Position numbers and translations under genes: made by a program
The notes under the pieces: generated by a model
Told to the model about the DNA's origin: nothing
What the model saw: the letters and a program-made list of their open reading frames with translations, nothing else
Database searches by the model: none
Part shown: positions 12,991-23,519 of the stretch, piece after piece
Numbering within the stretch: the first letter of the stretch is position 1
Layout: every line of letters starts with the position of its first letter
NCBI GenBank assembly: GCA_965644495.1
Contig: CBFFSA010000060.1
Coordinates: 1-48,265 of the forward strand
DNA from: Perkinsela sp. CCAP 1560/9
Taxonomy: Eukaryota > Protista > Euglenozoa: Kinetoplastea
Direction of reading: 5' to 3'
Length of the DNA: 48,265 nucleotides

Positions 12991-13204
12991 GACCATCGTT
13001 TTTTGTAAGACATGGTTTTTTGTAAGACCGTAGTTTTTTGTAAGACCATCGTTTTTGTAAGACCATCGTTTTTTGTAAGACCATCGTTTTTTGTAAGACC
13101 ATGGTTTTTTGTAAGACCGTAGTTTTTTGTAAGACCATAGTTTTTTGTAAGACCATCTTTTTTTGTAAGACCATCGTTTTTTGTAAGACCATCGTTTTTG
13201 GTAA
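12991..13204. repeat. Minisatellite of about 12 x 18 bp (GACCATCGTTTTTTGTAA)
   Basis: Counted directly; tandem units with no spacers. Confidence 0.95.
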
Positions 13205-13484
13205 ACCACTGTCCGGGTTAATATTCCTATACCCTCGTATTATTCCTACCAGGAATATTAAGTGTCCCAATGGTGCTTAATATTCCTACCCCCCCTCTCC
13301 CTGACACCTACCCCGTCTTTGCTTGAGATCCACAAAAATGATCCTTCGATATTCCCTTTTTGGGTGATTTTTTCATCAAAATAGCAAGCCCAACGCGCAC
13401 ACAGTCCCTAAAGGACCAAAATCGAGCACAAGAGCACAGAGCGCGCCGCTTCGCGGCGCGAAAGAATTTTTGGTCCTTTTCTGC

Positions 13485-13880
13485 TAATTTTTTAATTCGG
13501 CTCTTCGATAAACGCGGTGGTTGTCTTCAACCTAGAAGTCACTCATGCTGCGCGCTTCGCGTTGAAAACTTCCACCGCGTTTAACGAAGAGCCTAAGAAA
13601 GAAAAATGGGCCATGGATGCTGAAGAAAACAGAAGGATTTGAGCCACAAATAGACGATTTTTAGGTAATAATGGGGTGATGTTTGGGTATTTTTCTCTCA
13701 GAGCACTAAATCCGACATTTGCGTGTGGGAAATCACTCGTACGCATGAATGTAAGGCTACGGAACGTAATCGGTAGAGGATGCGACACCAACGACACCAT
13801 TCTTTCCGAAAAATACTGTCCGAAAAATACTTTTTCGCCTTTTTTCGTCAAAAATGGGTCAAGACAGAAAATGTTTTTCA
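13485..13880 (-). mobile_element. Divergent 3' part of the non-autonomous Helitron2-like element
   Basis: Contains the terminal palindrome (ggctcttcgataaacgcgg...ccgcgtttaacgaagagcc) and body sequence shared with the other copies. Confidence 0.75.
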
Positions 13881-14341
13881 TAGTATATTACTATTTTTAC
13901 TATTTCTTTCTATTATAATTAGTTTATATTGGTTAAAGTAAAGGAAAATTCGCCTTTTTTGAAAAACATTTGCTTTACACGCTAGTTTACACCCTATCTA
14001 GAAATCTACTCTTGCATTTCTTAGTACAGTGCCACACACTATCCTCTAATTCCATTTCTTTTGTCGATGAGTGTGTCCTTTTTCCACAGAAAACGCTTCT
14101 CGTGACAAGCCCGTGCCTTCGAAGCCAGTGCTCGCACTGTGCTTCCGACCAGCGTGATATACGGCTGAGGTTGAACTGTCATCGACAAGCGAACCCACGA
14201 CACCCCTGGCATACCATAGAAAATAACGGAAAATGAGTATACAATAGTCATATACAATATTATGTACGTAGATAATGTCCTTTTGTTGAAAAGAAAAATG
14301 TCAAGCTAAAAAGTCATAAAAAAGCGAATTTTCCTTTCATT

Positions 14342-14757
14342 TCCAAATCCAAATCATTCCGGATTGCTCCGGATGGTCGCTGGCAAGCCAGACCCTTCAC
14401 AGACAGATTTGGAAGTTCCGAGGCCGACGTCCTCTACCAGTTTCCGCTTGTCCAAGGCGGCACCAACGTGCTGTTGCCAACACGCTGCGTCGACGAACTG
14501 TACGTCAACACGGCTCACCCACGAGGTGTAAGCCGGGTAAGGGAGCTGGTTCCCTGAGGGGAGGGTCCGGGACGGTCCTCCGAGTACTGGGCCTAGTCGG
14601 TTATCAGCCCAGCCTCTTAGAGCGAGGCCGCCGGGAATATTGCGATGAGCGGGTTTGAACTCGCCGTCTGAGCACCATGTGCTTCAAACTTTGAATTCTT
14701 GCCACTCCGCCACCTCCGCCCTACTCCGCCACCTCCGCCCACTCCGCCACCTCCGCC
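14342..14757 (-). mobile_element. tRNA-derived SINE family A, full length, with a triplicated 5' 16-mer
   Basis: A box TGGCGGAGTGG, B box GAGTTCAAACC, ~370-bp body, 3' hairpin CCGGAGCAATCCGG and (TTTGGA)n tail. Multiple near-identical copies occur in the window. Confidence 0.85.
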
Positions 14758-14809
14758 CACAGAATTTTCCTTTACTTTCACCTTTATATTTAACATTTAC
14801 CATTTTTTC

Positions 14810-15112
14810 ACTTTTTCGCCTTTCTATCTTATACACGCTTTGAGGCGAGCACCGAAACTCAAAACAGTTTTATCAATCATTTTTTGTGGCAAACGAGACC
14901 ACCCATTGCGTATGCATCGGATGAATCAAGATTTATCTGATGGGGTCTTCTCGTCCACTACCTCTTGGACCATAGGCCAGACGTTTTCTATGGGGGAAAG
15001 GTCTGGTGAATTGGGGGACCAATTTTTCAATAGATCTTTCATTATATTCGTAATATACTCCTTAGAGGCGCGTGCGGTGTGTGCCGTGGCCCCGTCTTGC
15101 TGAAAAATACAC
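14810..15112 (-). pseudogene. Tc1/mariner DDE transposase, C-terminal fragment
   Basis: FQQDGATAH...WSPNSPDLSPIENVW is the Tc1/mariner signature. It has in-frame stops and is truncated by a Helitron-like copy at 15113. Confidence 0.85.
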
Positions 15113-16100
15113 AAGGTGAAAAAGTATTTTTCGGACCCCAAGGGGCCTTTTTGTGTCGAAAGAATGGTGTGGTTGGAGTCGCATTCTCTACCCAATACGT
15201 TCGGTAGGCTCGAATTCATGCCTACGAGTGATTTCCCACCCGCAAATGTCGGATTTAGTGCTCTGAGAGCAAAAATATGCGAAAATGACCCCATTTTTAC
15301 CCCGAAATTCGGGTATATTTTGGGCTACAATCTTTCCGTTTTCCAGGCTAAATTTTCTTTTTTAGGCTCTTCATTAAACGCGGCGGTAGTTTTCAACGCG
15401 AACCGAGCAGCATGAGCGACTTCTAAGTTGAAAACAACCACCGCGTTTAACGAAGAGCCTAAAAACGAAAATTATATTGAAAAAAAGTGAACCAAAACAG
15501 TGAAAATATAAAGAGAAACACAATAATAGAAAAAAAATAATAATAGAAGAAAAATTAATAATTTTCTTTTTTAGGCTCTTCGTTAAACGCGGTGGTTGTT
15601 TTCAACTTAGAAGTCACTCATGCTGCGCGCTTCGCGTTGAAAACTACCACCGCGTTTAACGAAGAGACTAAAAAAGAAAATTTAGCCTGGAAAACGGAAA
15701 GATTATAGCCAAAAATAGCCGAATTTCGGGTAAAAATGGGGTGATTTTCGCGTATTTTTGCTCTCAGAGCACTAAATCCGACATTTGCGCGTGGGAAATC
15801 ACTCGTAGGCATGAATGAAAGCCCACCGAACGTATTGGGTAGAGAATACGACTCCAACCATACCATTCTTTCGATACAAAAATGCCCCTTTAGGTCCGAA
15901 AAATATTTTTTCACCTTTTTTAGTCAAAAATGGGTCATTTTGAGGGGCGCACCACGGTTCGAAGAAGTGATACCTTGCGAAAACAACTGCGGAGAAAGCT
16001 AGTGTAGGTCCCAAACTATCAAAATACAATAAGGGAAACAATTTTGGAAAAATATTTTTTTTGCCATTTTTTTCGCCAGGTTCAATTTTTTTTTTTTTTG
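15113..16100. mobile_element. Two partial non-autonomous Helitron2-like copies in tail-to-tail orientation (15113-15471 on +, 15562-16100 on -)
   Basis: Each carries the 119-bp terminal palindrome and the shared body. A short internal piece (15476-15555) lies between them. Confidence 0.85.
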
Positions 16101-16273
16101 CGATGAATAAGGGGGGAGAAGCATGAAACGCGGCATTGCCTCTATATTTTTACCCAATACTTGAACCCTATAGGTCCATCGGGTGGGGTATACGATTTTA
16201 AAACGATCAATCAAATTAGCAATTTCATATTTTGGAGCCCAAAACTAGCAATTTGATCTCCCGTAAGTATGTG

Positions 16274-18160
16274 AACAATAATAACAATAACAATAACAAT
16301 AAAAACAAGCAATCCAGACCCAATCCATTCGCGCGTTCCGGGCCGGGTCTTTCGACCTCTCCACGGCCTGGCTTGTGGACCCTTCCCTTGTTATACGGGA
16401 GGGCGCGGGCCTGTGTCGACAGCGACACGGTCGCGAAACAGGATGCTTGCCGACGGGGGGGAGATAGACTCTGTCGACTCGGCCAGCACCCGGGCCAGCG
16501 GTATGTGGCCCTGCTCATGGCGCCTTCTCCATGCCCCTAAGCGCCTTCAAGTGGGTCGTTAGGGTCACTGACAACTATCCTGTAGGCCATCATCCGAGCC
16601 TGGGAACGCATCAACGTGACATTAAGCTCTTGCAAAAGGATGTTTCGTGCCTGAGTGTCTGTCAAAAGACCGTTCGACGCGTTGGCACGCAACGCCCCCA
16701 CCTTCCACAGGACCGTCAAGGCACTTCTGCTCCATGATCCGAAGGACTCAACAACCATCGCTGTGAACAGTAACTGAGCTGCTTCCGCTTCCTGGCGCTG
16801 CTTCCCTTTCGTTTCAGAGAAGTGTTCAGCAAAAGACCCCGCAGCCACCCAGCTAGCATTACGGACTGAGCCCAAATACTTCAATTGCTGTGCGTGGGTG
16901 ACTTCGAAGTCTAGAACCATGCCACCTCCCAGTTCATAGTTGGGAAGAAAAACATCGCCTGGTCCGGGGAGACCTCCTCCAGGTCCCCGATTTCCGAGAC
17001 TTTTTTCCCTTTGAGGAGCCATATTGGCCTTGCTGCAGAAGGAGGTGAACTGTTGGCAGACCGCATTGTGGCGGGTGATGAGGCCGTTTCCGTTCTTACA
17101 CATCAGAGCGTGTTCCCCATTTTTTAGGAGTGGTAAGTCACATCCTTTTGCTGGACAAGGTCGATCCTCTGGATAGACACCCATGCCCAACCACCAGCGG
17201 GATAAGGTACGGAACTCTGTGGGAGTGAAAGCGTATCCCTTTTTCCGCGAAGGAGTCACGAAAGCCCAGCTCCCGGCACCTTTTACGGACTCTGATATCC
17301 ATCTTGCACGTGTGCGGGGGTCAGCCTTCTCGTATGCAATGTTAAATTCTTGCTGGGAATGCAGTGTTAAATTCTCGCTGGGCATTCACGTTGTATGGTG
17401 TATTGTGGAGTGGAATTCGGTGTTTTGCGTTTCGGAGTCTTGGTTGCAGGTGAAGCGTTGGTGTCAAGGTTCGCTTGAGGCTGTGTCATGTTTGTTCGTA
17501 TGACGAGGGAGTGATTCGTCTCCTCATTGTCTGTTATCTTCCCCGTGTCTGGCGTGGGTTTCTCTCCGTCTATCCTGACAGCTCGTCTTGCCCAGTATTC
17601 GGGCACATTCTCGGGAATAGGGGTGGTGTAAAGGAGTTCATTGCGGTGGTTGTAAAACTACCGCTCTACACTCCATTATTGAAAACAAAGTGAACAAAAA
17701 CAGTGAAAATATGAAGAGGAACACAGTAATATAATAGAAGAAAAAAATATAAAAGGGGGCTCCGGTGGTCCAAAACTGAAAAAAAAATTCAGTAGGCTTC
17801 CATTCATGCCTACGAGTGATTTCCCACCCGCAAATGTCGGATTTAGTGCTCTGACAGCAAAAATACGCGAAAATCACCCCATTTTTACCTCGAAATTCGG
17901 CTATTTTTGGCTATAATCTTTCCGTTTTCCAGGCTAAATTTTCTTTTTTAGGCTCTCCGTTAAACGCGGCGGTAGTTTTCAACGCGAAGCGCGCGGCATG
18001 AGTGACTTCTAAATTGAAAACAACCACCGCGTTTAACAAAGAGCCTAAAAAAGAAAATTATACGTGCTTCTGCCAGAAATCAAGTGCGCGTTCCCGGCGA
18101 ATTGGTCCCAGTCTCCAGCGTTATGAGATTTCTCTTCCTGGGCTAAGGAGTCTTCATTGC
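16274..18160 (-). mobile_element. CRE-like RLE non-LTR retrotransposon, family 2, 3' part (interrupted at 17641-18057)
   Basis: ORF 16537-17385 has GAGSW, EFR...LG, a C-x4-C...H-x3-C knuckle, RHN and PGD...LDFEV (restriction-like endonuclease). It is followed by a GC-rich 3' UTR and a (TTATTG)n tail at 16274-16306. Confidence 0.8.
17641..18057 (+). mobile_element. Internally deleted non-autonomous Helitron2-like element with both termini
   Basis: Runs 5'-TTGCGGTGGTTGT...AAAGAAAA-3'. Removing it restores the host reading frame (ttcA^TTata), so it inserted at A^T without a target-site duplication (TSD). Confidence 0.85.
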
Positions 18161-18171
18161 GAAGGAGTTCA

Positions 18172-18926
18172 TTGCGGTGGTTGTAAAACTACCGCTCTAC
18201 ACTCGATTATTGAAAAAATAGTGAACAAAAACAGTGAAAATATAAAGGGGAACACAGTAATATAATAGAGGAGAAAATATATAAATGGGGGTCGAGCAAA
18301 TTTTTTTGAAAAAATTAGTTTTCGAAAACAAACCGCAGAAATGGTAGCCGGGGTCTTGGCTCCCATTTTCCACCCCCCTACCCGGGGGTGACCCCCCCCG
18401 CGTATCCGCAGGACGGGTCCGCCAAGTTCGGATTTTTTCGGAAAAAAAATTTTGAATAAAAAATTCTGGTTGGCGAAAAAAATGGCAAAAAAATATTTTT
18501 CCAAAATCGTTTCCCCTATTGTATTTTGATAGTTTGGAAAAAAAAAAATCCATGCACCACTCCATGTGCGTTACATGCACAGGGGCGAAGATCTTCAAGA
18601 CCTGGACCTGTATTCCTATGCAGGCATTGTCAGCGTAAAGAAAAAAAGAGCTGAGCTAGCTCAAGAAGAGCCGGATCATGATTCAGATTTTGAATCAGAG
18701 CCAAATCGCGGACGTCGTGCTAATGGGAGATACGCCTTTGAGGACATTAAAGTCCTCCCGGAATTCGAGCCTGGAGATATTGTTGAGCAACAGGTGCGCT
18801 CTTTGCACACTGTGCCAGCTATACCAGGTTTTCGCATATTGAGTTCTTCAAAAGAACCTGGGACACGAGCTCGAAGCCAGCTTCGAGTAGCGAAACAGAT
18901 GGTGGCATTGTTTTCCCCATGGACGA
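18172..18926 (+). mobile_element. Helitron deletion derivative: 5' terminus (18172-18545) joined to an internal Rep/Hel fragment (18552-18926)
   Basis: 18552-18926 matches ~39946-40333 of the Rep/Hel ORF in the same orientation as the terminal repeat. Confidence 0.8.
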
Positions 18927-19230
18927 AAAAAAAATCATCAAAATCATTCCGGATTGCTCCGGATGGTCACTGGCAAGCCAGACCCTTCACAGACAGATTT
19001 GGAAGTTCCGAGGCCGACGTCCTCTACCAGTTTCCGCTTTTCCAAGCCGGCAACAACGTGCTGTTGCCAACAAGCTGCGTCGACGAACTGTACGTCAACA
19101 CGGCTTACCCAAGAGGTGTAAGCCGGGTAAGGGAGCTGGTTCCCTGAGGGGGGGGTCCGGGACGGTCCTCCGAGTACTGGGCCTAGTCGGTTCTCAGCCC
19201 AGCCTTTTAGAGTGAGGCCGCCAGGAATAT
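18926..19230 (-). mobile_element. SINE family A, 3' part (its head lies at 23411-23497)
   Basis: SINE body breaks at GGAATAT (19224-19230) and resumes at GGAATAT (23411-23417). Confidence 0.85.
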
Positions 19231-22200
19231 CTCTGTACCTTGTTGTTGTTTTTTCGTTAAACTTTACAAAAACTTTATGGTTGTGCTAACGCGCTCCAAA
19301 CTTGCAATGCAGCACTCGACCAACGAATCCAATATCGACCCACAGAGCGACTGGAACGAAATACACTACCCTACACCAATTCTACCTCAAGTGTCGAAGA
19401 AATGGAAAGGAAAAGTAGGTAGTCTAAAGGGCAAAGGTCTAAACGAGATTATGGACAAAAGCAGCGACATTCACGACAACTCCACAATTTCAGACGAAAT
19501 GAACATCGAACCGCGAGAATGCATCACACGACAAGAATCACGACAAAGCAAACCACGGAAAATCAAAGTTATCATCGGAGACTCACGACCTTCGGATCAA
19601 ACAAGCTCAGATATGCAATCGAAGTCTCCCCAAATAACTGAAAATGCGCCGCAAAATGAAGACGACATGTCAGCGGACACCGATGGCCTAAGTACCTCAT
19701 CTGAAACAATGTCATCCGACGATCTGTGTATGAGTGAGCACACGAAGTTTGAAAGCGACAGACCAAGTTCAAGACATTGTATCAGAATGGGGCCGCGGTA
19801 CTCAATGCGAGATCCTTTGGAACTTCCGCTACGGAGAAGAAATTTTTTATTCTGTCGGCGAAGTAGTGTCCCGCGTCTCAAGGAAAGGTCAGGTTCGTAT
19901 AAAGATTGCGTACTCCCCTGCTGAAGGACAAACCGGACCCCAAGGAAACCTCTTTCTTCCACAGTCTGACAAAGCGCGAGTCTTTCAAATCTGTGCTACG
20001 AAGATAAATCGAATACCAAGCAAAGGAGTAAACACGCTAAATTTTCCGGAGAGCATGTCAGAGACGACGAAGGAATCCGACACGCACAGAGACATGGATC
20101 CACTTCCACCGCTAGCTCAAATAGAACCGTCCTTTGCTGTACATGTGGTTTCAATTTTCAGAGAGACAATTCGCGAATATCCTCATTTACAACTTCTGTC
20201 CGAAAAAGAAACCCTATGGCACAGGTTCCTAAATGCTCCGAGAGATGCTTTGACCACTGTGAGGAAAATGCTAATGCGAACACAAGCCACGACTCACGCG
20301 CCGAAAAGTAAAAGTAAATATGAATACAACGTCGACAAGCTCAGCCAAGAAGAACAAGAAGAGTTAGAAACTGACTGCCGAGCGATCCGCAATGCTTTAC
20401 GAACGGCAAAAGCAGGAAACCTAGGCAAAGCAACGCGTATTCTCGATAACGTCTACAAACAATCACCCCTGACTGTCGAAGAAAAAGTTTCTCTTCTAAA
20501 AAGTCTCCATCCTTCCGGGAAAACGCCTCAAATGCCGATGAGTGTTGACTTTCCGCGCATTGGAATTGTTGAACGAGACGAACTCCTCTTAGCGGCCAGC
20601 AAATTGGCAAAGGGTGCTTCCCCAGGACAGGTTTCAGCGAATCGATGTTGCGACTTCTCCCCGACGATGAAGAATGCAGCATTTGCTTATGCCACATGTT
20701 TCGCGACGTGATCAATGGCGACATTCCAAACTCGGTGCGTGATCGACTCACAAGATGCAGATTAGTAGCTTTGCCCAAACAAATAAATAAACTGCGCCCG
20801 ATCGCTATAGGAGAGACCATCCTTAAAGTGTGTGGCATCATTCTTTTGCAACGACATGAAGACGCGCTTAAAAAGCACTTTCAAACCTTCCAACGAGGCA
20901 TACTACAAAAGAATGCGTGTGAGCAAATTGTGCATGAACTGATAGAAGAATACGAGGCAGACCACAAGATCGTCACAGTCGATTACACTAACGCATTCAA
21001 CACACCAAACAGAATCGCCATTGCAGAAACTCTTCAAAAGCATGATGTTTTCAGACCATTTATGCGCCTCTTTTTCCTAGAGTACTCCGAGCCATCTGAT
21101 CTTCTTTTCTTTGCTGACAACACACTCTATTCAACAATCAAAAGCACACCTGGGGTACGACAAGGTTCAGCCCTCTCATCTCTCTACTTTTGTAGCTTAA
21201 TACATCCCATCCTAGCTGAAGTAGCCGATCTTTTTCCTGAAGTCACGATCCGAGCATATATGGACGACATCACGCTTTCATCTCGAAACACTTTATCCCT
21301 AGAAGCCGCTTTCCTCCATCTTCAAGAACTTTCTAAAGACTTATCACTTGATGTCAACTGCAATAAAACAGAGTGGTTTCAGAAAGGAGCAAAAAACTGT
21401 CCATTGGCATTGCAGAAAGCTGGTCTATCGTCACCGGAGAAATCTGTCAAGATCCTAGGCGCCTACATAGGGGAGAATGAGGACGTTAGTGAAAAGCTCG
21501 TACGACAGTCAGTAAAGCATGTATGTCTTTTTCGACGTTTGCAAATCATGGGCCCAAGCAATCTTTCGTTAGCAATGTTGCAACGATGCACGATTCCACG
21601 ACAGGATTACTTTTTGCGCGTCCACAAACCAGCAGCTACACTGAAAATTGCTGAATGCTTCGATGTTGAAATATCAAGAATTATCTCACACTGGTTTCTC
21701 GCCACAGGTGACTCACTCCGCCTCGCAACTCTACCGCAAAAAATGGGAGGTCTTGGTCTCACTCAGTCCACTTTAAAGCAACGGTACTTTTTTGAAGCAG
21801 CCAGACGATCTATTGATGAGCATAAAATATCCACTAAAGCTCCGGTAGGTCACAAGCTGTTGAGAAAGTTAGTGGCGTTACTTTGAATCCGATGAAAAGA
21901 AAAACTAAGGCCTCTAAAGCAATTCGCGAAGAGCAAACAAAAGTGCTGTCAGAAATCAAAGCAAACAAGCGATTAAGTGAAGTCATTAGCAGAACAAAGG
22001 ACTCGAATTCACACTTGGTCTCCACTAATGATTACATCAATCCCTATCTTTTCCGATATTCCACAATGATGCGATTGGGGATATCACTCCCGAAAGCCAT
22101 TGTCCGGGATGCGGGTCACAGCAAGAAGGAAACGGTCTTCTTCATCATGTTGCGGGCTGCGCACAATGTTCAGGTATGAACACCACGAAGAAACACACAC

Positions 22201-23410
22201 ACCTGATCCGTTTGCTTTCAGATTTATGCACCAAGGCTGGGCTCCCTCACGTGGTCGAACCTCGAGTACATGCTTCATTCTATTGCACAAAGTGCAAGGC
22301 AAGTATTTCTGCAGATGCAGCTGAACGACATGCGTGTAGAGCGCGTCGGATACGTTCTGGTCCTGACTTGGGAATAATGTGGCCTCACCAGGGAGAGATA
22401 TTGTATGACGTAACTGTTGTACATACTTGTACGGTGTCAAATGCAAAGTTCACCCCTGAACAACTAATGGAAAACGCACTGGCCAGGAAAAATAAAAAGT
22501 ATGTAGAACAGAATGGTTTGGAACCAGAGGCGTTCAAATGCTTAGCGGGGACTGATTGTGGGCTTCTCCATGAAGACACTAAAAGACTCATCTCTGTTTT
22601 AGCAGCACGGGCACACCTCAATCCTAAAGACACACGCGATGCCTTCCGACTAGCAGTTGAAAAATTCAATGCATACACAGTTGTATGCCAACTAAGAGAC
22701 GTGATCCCACACTGCAACTGGATAGGCGGACTAAGTAACTAATCTTTCCTTAAACGGTTTTATTAACACAACTAATCTTTCCCAGTAAACGCAAACTGAG
22801 CACTTTACTTTACTTTATGGTTATTTTCCTGAAGGACAAATATCACAATGACAAAAATGTAAACTTGTGTTAGTAATTATACTCGGAAAGTCAGGTAATC
22901 GTTCAGACGAAATATATGATTTTATTTTATTGAACATTAGAAACAATTTCCATAAGTTAAAACTTTTTGCAAAAGTTAATAAAGCTTTTGCTTTACTTTG
23001 CAACTCGAAAATTTTGGACCACCACCCTTCCCTTTACATAATTAGAAGAAAAAATTAGCAAAATCAAAATTTTCGAATAATCGCCCCTTTGCACAAATGA
23101 TGGCGAATATATCTAAATATAGTTAGTTACCTTCGTCAAAAAAAAAAAGATATTTTATTTATAAAAGGATTTTCTGCACTCGATAGTGCCCGCAAAAAAA
23201 AAAAAAAAAAAAGTTGAATGCCGTTAGCGAGGTGCGTTAAAAAAAAATAGGAAATCTTTAACGGTGAATTTTGAATACACGATAAATCAAGAATACCACA
23301 ATAGTGTTCATTCATTAACAAAAGAAATACGAAGAAATAAATGTAAGATCAACCTTTTTGTAAGATCAACCCTTTTGTATGAGTACTCATCGAAGGTGTT
23401 TTTGACTTTT
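19231..23410 (+). mobile_element. CRE-like RLE non-LTR retrotransposon, family 1, apparently full length (ORF 19277-22742, frameshifted), 7-bp TSD
   Basis: RT motifs RLVALPK, RPIAIGE, VDYTNAFN, GVRQG, AYMDD, ILGA and GGLGL. Also a CPGC...HVAGC knuckle and an RLE reading GPDL...YDVTVVH...KNKKY. Flanked by GGAATAT direct repeats. Confidence 0.85.
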
Positions 23411-23497
23411 GGAATATTGCGACGAGCGGGTTTTAACTCGCCGTCTGAGCACCATGTGCTTCAAACTTTGAATTATTGCCACTCCGCCACCTCCGCC
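23411..23497 (-). mobile_element. SINE family A, tRNA-like head
   Basis: A and B boxes; continues the SINE broken at 19230. Confidence 0.85.
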
Positions 23498-23519
23498 ATC
23501 AGAACCTCATCAGAACTTC

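Noticed and set aside
12991-13204. Possible CRISPR array or repeat-protein ORFs (KKRWSY / LQKTMV)
   Set aside because: The 18-bp units are contiguous with no unique spacers and there are no cas genes; the ORFs are translations of the minisatellite.
13970-14260. Short ORFs and a GC-richer patch between repeats
   Set aside because: No recognisable motif and no second copy in the window; left unannotated.
18919-19215. ORFs antisense to SINE A (SFRIAPDGHWQARPF..., IIPDCSGWSLASQ...)
   Set aside because: These are shadow frames of a GC-rich non-coding repeat; their start codons come from variable flanks.
19277-22742. Bacterial retron, group II intron or DGR reverse transcriptase
   Set aside because: The RT is followed by a CCHC knuckle and a PD-D RLE domain and is bounded by a TSD, which is typical of eukaryotic non-LTR elements.
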